Source of the DNA: an uncultured Chitinophagales bacterium
Lineage (GTDB): Bacteria; Bacteroidota; Bacteroidia; Chitinophagales; S012-47
Direction of reading: 5' to 3'
Assembly: GCA_964422925.1 (NCBI GenBank)
Contig: CAYRDC010000013.1
Coordinates: 4,334 to 68,333, forward strand
DNA: 64,000 nt
Position numbers and translations under genes: made by a program. The stretch's first letter is position 1; each line of letters opens with the position of its first letter. This document shows, piece after piece, positions 58,458-64,000 of the stretch. The notes below the pieces were generated by a model. It saw only the letters and a list, made by a program, of their open reading frames with translations, was not told the origin of the DNA and did no database searches.

Positions 58458-61058
58458 TTATCCGCATTTTGAATGACCGCAACTTTTACAGGTGAGACAT
58501 CCTTCCTGGTAAACCAGGGCTTCCTCTCCGCAATTGGGACATGTTTTGTCAGCAGGGGCCGTGCCATCCGGGATAAAGCGTTTGAGGGCACGAACCACCC
58601 CGGCTTTCCACGAATTCAATGATTCATCATCCAGGTTTAACCTTTCCACCAGATTCACGGCATACTGAATCGGCATTCCGTGCCGCAATACTCCGGAAAT
58701 CAGTTTGGCATAATTCCAGTATTCCTTATTGAAGGACCTGGACAGGCCGCCAATGGTTACGGTATAGCCTGCTCTATCCTTATAACGAAAATCGTACCGG
58801 CTCACCCCTTCTTCATTTTTCTCCTTGATGACCCAGCCCTTGGTTACATAATCCGGAAGATGGAAAGAATCTTCAGCCCGTCCGGTGAAAATCTCATAAG
58901 GCCGCCCGTTATAGCAACCCACCACCGCGATCCAGGGTGTTTCGTTGTTATGGAAACGAATCACTTCAGCTTCCAGCACTCTCGGCCGCTTGGGAGCATT
59001 GTGTTCATCAAAGGTGTTATTGTCCTTTTTATTGTTACTGACCAACACACCGGACCGGGATCCTTCCCTGTAAACGGTTATTCCCTTACATCCACTTTTC
59101 CAGCCGGTTTCATAAATTTTCGCGATGAGTTTCTCATCGACTGATTCCGGCACATTTACTGTAACGCTGATGCTGTGGTCAACCCATTTCTGAATGGCCC
59201 CCTGCATCTTAACTTTTGCCACCCAGTCCACATCGTTGGCCGTAGCTTTGTAATAAGGTGATTTCTCAATGATTTTCTGGAGCTCATCGTTATTAAGCTG
59301 GGCAACTTCATCCGGATCATACCCATTCACTTTCAGCCAGGTTACAAATTTGTGATGGAATACATTGTATTCCTCCCAGCTATCGCCTATTTCATCTACA
59401 AAATCCACCCGGGCTTGTTTGTCACCCGGATTTACCTTGCGCCTTCTTTTATAAGTAGGCATGAAAACCGGTTCAATGCCGCTCGTGGTTTGTGTCATGA
59501 TGCTGGTAGTGCCCGTAGGGGCAATGGTCAGTAAAGCAATATTGCGCCTGCCGTACTGCTGCATTTCGGCATACAGTTCGGGATCGGCTTCTTTCAGTCG
59601 CTGTATGAAAGGATTGGTAGCTTCGCGCTCGGCATCGTAAATCGGAAAAGCGCCCCTTTCCCGGGCCAGGTTTACAGAAGAACGATACACCTCGAGCGAC
59701 AGGGTTTTGTGTACTTCCACTGAAAAATCAATAGCCTCTTCAGAGCCATAGCGCATACCCAAGGCGGCAATCATATCGCCTTCAGCGGTAATACCAATGC
59801 CCGTTCTTCTTCCCTGTACACATTTTTCCCGGATTTTCTTCCACAGGTTCAGCTCGGTTTCTTTCAATTCCATAGGTTCCGGATCTGCCTCAATCTTTTG
59901 AAGTATCTGGTCAATTTTTTCAATCTCCAGGTCAATAATATCGTCCATAATGCGCTGGGCCATGGCCGCATGCTTTCTGAACAGCTTCCAGTTGAACCGG
60001 GCCTTCGGGGTGAACGGGTCCTCCACATAGCTGTAAAGGTTAATGGCCAGCAACCGGCAACTGTCATACGGACAAAGCGGAATTTCACCACAAGGATTGG
60101 TGCTGATGGTCTGGAAACCGAGATCAGCATACCGGTCAGGAATGGATTCACGGATTACCGTATCCCAGAAAATTACCCCCGGCTCAGCCGATTTCCAGGC
60201 ATTGTGAATGATTTTATTCCAAAGCTGCCGGGCATTGATTTTTTTGGTTACCGTTGGATTTTTTGACCACAAAGGAAATTGCTGCACATATTCTTCGTCA
60301 TTAATCACCGCTTTCATGAATTCGTCATCGATCCGCACCGAGATGTTGGCCCCGGTCACTTTGGTCCCGTCCAGCTTGGCGTCAATAAATTTTTCCGCGT
60401 CTGGATGCTTAATGGAGATGGTAAGCATTAAGGCTCCTCTCCGGCCGTCCTGAGCTACTTCCCGGGTGGAATTGGAATAACGCTCCATAAACGGTACGAC
60501 CCCGGTGGAAGTCAGGGCGCAATTCATAACCGGTGAACCGGCAGGACGGATATGGGAAAGGTCATGTCCGACCCCGCCTCTGCGTTTCATGAGCTGAACC
60601 TGTTCTTCATCAATTTTTAATATTCCACCATATGAATCGGAATTGAAGCCATGCCCGATAACAAAGCAATTGGACAGGGAAGCTACCTGAAAATTATTTC
60701 CGATACCGGTCATCGGGCCCCCCTGCGGCATAATATATTTAAAGCCTTTCAGTATCTCGTAGATCTCTTCCTCGGTGTATGGATTGGGATAAGCCGCCTC
60801 AATACGGGCAATTTCAGCAGCCAGCCGGTGATGCATGTCATCCGGGGTCAACTCGTATATATTCCCCTGGGAATCCTTCAGGGCATACTTGTTGATCCAT
60901 ATATTGGTTGCTAACTCATCCCCATCAAAATACTCAATGGTTTTTTGAAGCACCTCTTCATACTTGTAAGGATGTTTACCCCTTACAATGTTGTTTTTCA
61001 ACAAGTTATCCTTTTCATGAAGGGCGATATCTCTCTCTTGCTTTAGTTCATTCAGCAT
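58458..61058 (-). CDS. nrdJ: Adenosylcobalamin-dependent (class II) ribonucleoside-diphosphate reductase
   Basis: SLSNCFV, GRRGALM, TNPCGE, IAPTGT, CKGITVYREGSR, C-terminal CPNC...EGCLTCKSCG.SKC; no small-subunit gene adjacent; start codon uncertain. Confidence 0.93.
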   Translation of the reverse strand: MLNELKQERDIALHEKDNLLKNNIVRGKHPYKYEEVLQKTIEYFDGDELATNIWINKYALKDSQGNIYELTPDDMHHRLAAEIARIEAAYPNPYTEEEIYEILKGFKYIMPQGGPMTGIGNNFQVASLSNCFVIGHGFNSDSYGGILKIDEEQVQLMKRRGGVGHDLSHIRPAGSPVMNCALTSTGVVPFMERYSNSTREVAQDGRRGALMLTISIKHPDAEKFIDAKLDGTKVTGANISVRIDDEFMKAVINDEEYVQQFPLWSKNPTVTKKINARQLWNKIIHNAWKSAEPGVIFWDTVIRESIPDRYADLGFQTISTNPCGEIPLCPYDSCRLLAINLYSYVEDPFTPKARFNWKLFRKHAAMAQRIMDDIIDLEIEKIDQILQKIEADPEPMELKETELNLWKKIREKCVQGRRTGIGITAEGDMIAALGMRYGSEEAIDFSVEVHKTLSLEVYRSSVNLARERGAFPIYDAEREATNPFIQRLKEADPELYAEMQQYGRRNIALLTIAPTGTTSIMTQTTSGIEPVFMPTYKRRRKVNPGDKQARVDFVDEIGDSWEEYNVFHHKFVTWLKVNGYDPDEVAQLNNDELQKIIEKSPYYKATANDVDWVAKVKMQGAIQKWVDHSISVTVNVPESVDEKLIAKIYETGWKSGCKGITVYREGSRSGVLVSNNKKDNNTFDEHNAPKRPRVLEAEVIRFHNNETPWIAVVGCYNGRPYEIFTGRAEDSFHLPDYVTKGWVIKEKNEEGVSRYDFRYKDRAGYTVTIGGLSRSFNKEYWNYAKLISGVLRHGMPIQYAVNLVERLNLDDESLNSWKAGVVRALKRFIPDGTAPADKTCPNCGEEALVYQEGCLTCKSCGHSKCG

Positions 61059-61198
61059 CGTGGCAAACAATTTAATCGCGAAATACAGGTGGGAAAATCG
61101 GTCCCAGATTCAGTGTATGAAAATATAATTGATCTACCCCACAACAAAGAATTTTTATTAACAAATGCTAACAAACCGCCCCAAAACTGGAGAGTATT

Positions 61199-61399
61199 TT
61201 ATACGTCCCCTGATTTACATCTTTTTATAACCAATGCCCAAGGAGCCACTTGAGGCATTGTGCCCGCAAGCCGGTTTTGCTTTTCCACAACACGCCTTCT
61301 GACGGCCCGGCCTCGCGTGACCCGGAATTTCCGATTAATGTATCTGATTATATTTTCAATATTCTTTTGTCGTTTTTTAATAATGTCTGGTTTGCGCAT
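61199..61399 (-). CDS. Possible small basic protein (66 aa)
   Basis: ATG-started ORF MRKPDIIKKRQKNIENIIRYINRKF… in an otherwise empty intergenic gap. Confidence 0.25.
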   Translation of the reverse strand: MRKPDIIKKRQKNIENIIRYINRKFRVTRGRAVRRRVVEKQNRLAGTMPQVAPWALVIKRCKSGDV

Positions 61400-61545
61400 A
61401 ACACAATATTTTTGCCTGAATAAACCCGCTGTATTGAATCCGCAGGAACCCGCGGCTGTGCCGAAACGGAGGTGCGGCCGCACGCCCGGCCGGGAGGTAT
61501 ATGCCCTCCTTTTGTTACATTTGAACCGGCTTAATCAATGCGCTT

Positions 61546-61914
61546 ATGAAATTCTACAGCCGGAAATGGGTAAAGCCTGAAAACTTGAATCCAAGAGGCA
61601 CCTTGTTTGGCGGAACCGTACTGAAATGGATTAACGAAGAAGCCGCCATCTTTGCCATCTGCCAGCTCAACAGCAAAAACGTTGTGACCAAATACATCTC
61701 CGAAATCGATTTCGTCAACTCGGCCCGCAAGGGCGATGTGGTGGAAATCGGGCTGGAAGTCACGGCCCTGGGCCGCTCGAGCATCACCCTCCGCTGCCAG
61801 GTGCGCAACAAAGACACCCGTACGCCCATCATCAATATCGAAAAGCTGGTGTTCGTGCATGTGGATGAATCAGGTAAGCCGGCTCCGCACGGGGTGACGG
61901 AGATAAACGGATAA
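61546..61914 (+). CDS. Hotdog-fold acyl-CoA thioesterase
   Basis: PENLNPRGTLFGG..L.WI.E, F...AR.GD, GRSSI, VFVHVD..GKP. Confidence 0.9.
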   Translation: MKFYSRKWVKPENLNPRGTLFGGTVLKWINEEAAIFAICQLNSKNVVTKYISEIDFVNSARKGDVVEIGLEVTALGRSSITLRCQVRNKDTRTPIINIEKLVFVHVDESGKPAPHGVTEING

Positions 61915-61933
61915 ATAAACGATATCTACATAA

Positions 61934-62833
61934 TTAAAATAGTGAAAGCTGACCAGAAATTTGATCTGCAAAAGAAAGATTTCTTTTCGTAAAAAATTGG
62001 TTAGTCATCCTTCTTAAATCATTCTGTACTGTTTTTTGCCTCGGGAAGAATCTTATCATGATTCTGTTAGCATATTCATAACTACTGTTAACGTTTTTCG
62101 GATTATTTATCATCCTTTCAATCAAGGGAAAAATCAATCTGCACAATTTTTCTTTATAATTAGATTTATTACTTCTCGGCAATCCATGAATAATAGTGAC
62201 AGCTGCACCCATAAATGCATCGCATAGCTGAATTAAATTGGACCTTCTATCCCTCTTATTATCTTTTGGCAAAAATTCTATTGTGTCCCGATTAAATGAT
62301 ATATCTTTTTCACTGCTCCCAATCTTAAAAATAGAATGCCATGGAAAGTAATCGTGATTTTGTTGTTGACCCACCTCATGAAAAACATGATCAACTATTA
62401 TTTTTCTACCAGGGAAAAAGGTCTTTAGGGCATATAAAATAGCTGAACGAAAAAATTTGTTATAACGATTGGTGAAATTATCTCCACCAAATTCTTCCCT
62501 ATTCAGTTTTGAATTATTAATACCGAGAATATAGGCATAAAATTTCCTGCCGCTTTTCCCAACGTCCAGTATATATTTAAACCACCTTTTGCAGATATGA
62601 TAAGCATCAGCATCCCGTAATTTACTCCAATGAATTTCTCTGTTGTTTTTTGAATAATAAGGCGACTCCTTATCAAAATTATTCAGAAACCTTTCAGAAA
62701 TTATATCATCCAATAACGGGTTAGATATGTCTTCTACAACTATCCCTATATAGAACCATTCTTCCTGCGTATACGGGCACGCTATCAGTTGTATTTCATC
62801 CGCATAAATATTGACTACTATTGAATTTGCCAT
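61934..62833 (-). CDS. DUF3800-like RNase H-fold protein
   Basis: N-terminal IYADE, EIHWSKL and SNLIQLCD motifs; AT-rich; ends in QLSLF. Confidence 0.65.
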   Translation of the reverse strand: MANSIVVNIYADEIQLIACPYTQEEWFYIGIVVEDISNPLLDDIISERFLNNFDKESPYYSKNNREIHWSKLRDADAYHICKRWFKYILDVGKSGRKFYAYILGINNSKLNREEFGGDNFTNRYNKFFRSAILYALKTFFPGRKIIVDHVFHEVGQQQNHDYFPWHSIFKIGSSEKDISFNRDTIEFLPKDNKRDRRSNLIQLCDAFMGAAVTIIHGLPRSNKSNYKEKLCRLIFPLIERMINNPKNVNSSYEYANRIMIRFFPRQKTVQNDLRRMTNQFFTKRNLSFADQISGQLSLF

Positions 62834-62856
62834 GCGGTCGATTCAAAATAAATTAT

Positions 62857-63999
62857 TCACCTCTTTTTGGCCTGTTCAACTATCTGTATTTCTTCATCCG
62901 ACAACCCGTACAGTTCATACACCAACCGGTCTATCTCCCGTTCGTATGATGCAACCTGTGTCTGTTTCTGCTGATTTTCAAGATAGTCCTCGGATTGGAT
63001 GAGGGAGAGGATTTTGTTGACGAGATTTATGAAAGGTCTTTGTTTCTCCAAAGAGATCTGCTTTATTGGCAATTTCCCCATATAGTAAGAATCAAAATGC
63101 ATAGTTCTGACAGCCCTGTTATAAACACACCAGTAATAAAACCATGATGTTAATGTAGAATTTAATAATGCAAGAATATATTCATAACAAAAGTCATTCG
63201 TTGTTAAAATAGTATTCATAACAGTATCAAATGATAAAAGACCTTGATTATCCAAAGTAGCCATTATGATTATTCTATCGTATGGATTGCGAACATGTGC
63301 AACAATATTTTGAGATACTATTTTAAGTTTGTTTAGGTCTTTTATTTTTGCTGATGATAGATATTGTTTGGAAACCTTATCTATCTTACCATAAATAAGG
63401 TATTTTGAAATATTCTTTCCCCCTATAATAGGCATTCCATGATTAGACACTTTGCTTTGTAAAGGTAAGCCTCTAAAAGTTTTGGAGATCTGGGATAGCG
63501 AAATACTATCTTTCTGCATTTTCTTTAATATCTTCTCCTTATCTTTTGTTATGTAAATTGGAAGGATATCCATTCTATTTATCTTTTCAGCATTTATCTC
63601 ACCAAAGATATTTATCTTTCTATTCCATCCTTCACCTATATAAAACGGATAATCAAAAGAGTCCCTTAATTTTTTAAATAAAATGATTATTTGTTCCAAT
63701 AGAACTTCCTCAAATGCCTCACTTACATCAACGATAATGCAAAGATGGTTTAATTCTGTTATAAGTTTTCTTGTTTTCTTCCAACCCTCGGAAAACGACA
63801 ATGACTTGGGAACGATATAAGTTATAACACCTGATTTTGTAGTAATATTTTGAGCAAGTTCTATAAAGAAAGATGCTGAGTTGTTCTGTCTATCGTAGAA
63901 TTTATAAGTAGTCTTTAACTTACTAATGAGAGGTTTTTCATAATCAGCTCCATACGGTGGATTGGCAATCAGCACATCAAACCCACCTTTTTGATGGAA
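62857..63999 (-). CDS. C-terminal part of an Eco57I/TaqI-like N6-adenine DNA methyltransferase (type II/IIG R-M), truncated by the window edge
   Basis: GGFDVLIANPPY (motif IV), TaqI-C-like YILALLNS…LPI, terminal EID.LVYELYGL..EEI..VE. Confidence 0.88.
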   Translation of the reverse strand, partial: FHQKGGFDVLIANPPYGADYEKPLISKLKTTYKFYDRQNNSASFFIELAQNITTKSGVITYIVPKSLSFSEGWKKTRKLITELNHLCIIVDVSEAFEEVLLEQIIILFKKLRDSFDYPFYIGEGWNRKINIFGEINAEKINRMDILPIYITKDKEKILKKMQKDSISLSQISKTFRGLPLQSKVSNHGMPIIGGKNISKYLIYGKIDKVSKQYLSSAKIKDLNKLKIVSQNIVAHVRNPYDRIIIMATLDNQGLLSFDTVMNTILTTNDFCYEYILALLNSTLTSWFYYWCVYNRAVRTMHFDSYYMGKLPIKQISLEKQRPFINLVNKILSLIQSEDYLENQQKQTQVASYEREIDRLVYELYGLSDEEIQIVEQAKKR

Positions 64000-64000
64000 T

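Noticed and set aside
61080-61545. Cobalamin riboswitch or NrdR box upstream of nrdJ
   Set aside because: No GGGAA/B12-box core and no NrdR palindrome are recognisable on the correct strand.
61915-61933. DUF3800-associated ncRNA motif
   Set aside because: Only 19 bp downstream and 23 bp upstream are non-coding, leaving no room for one.

Overview
Mostly chromosomal backbone from a Bacteroidota genome (gldC, type IX secretion substrates, TAnnTTTG promoters). The left part is housekeeping: mrdA-rodA, aspS, uvrA, pcrA, murA, grpE-dnaJ, ppx and nucleotide-sugar genes, with an 840-bp mosaic of nested palindromic repeats between aspS and uvrA. Next come an SLC12-like transporter/VIT1/USP operon and a PhoB/PhoR-like pair. 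The middle holds an arsenosugar-associated neighbourhood: DUF547 plus an outer-membrane protein, an FAD oxidoreductase/4Fe-4S/glycosyltransferase/methyltransferase operon, and a CMD peroxidase-arsS-TIGR04282-arsM operon. Two tandem giant T9SS repeat proteins, a GH3/LysE/ECF locus, tRNA-Pro, nadAB and class II RNR follow. The window ends in an AT-rich island with an adenine methyltransferase and a DUF3800-like protein. Best leads: (1) a probable -1 frameshift or slippage site (A10 run, immediate stop codon, stem-loop) that fuses the secreted DUF547 domain to a start-less beta-barrel ORF; (2) the extended arsenosugar-tailoring cluster; (3) a DUF3800-like nuclease ending in the beta-clamp motif QLSLF next to an R-M methyltransferase. 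All calls come from reading motifs by eye; no searches or folding programs were run.
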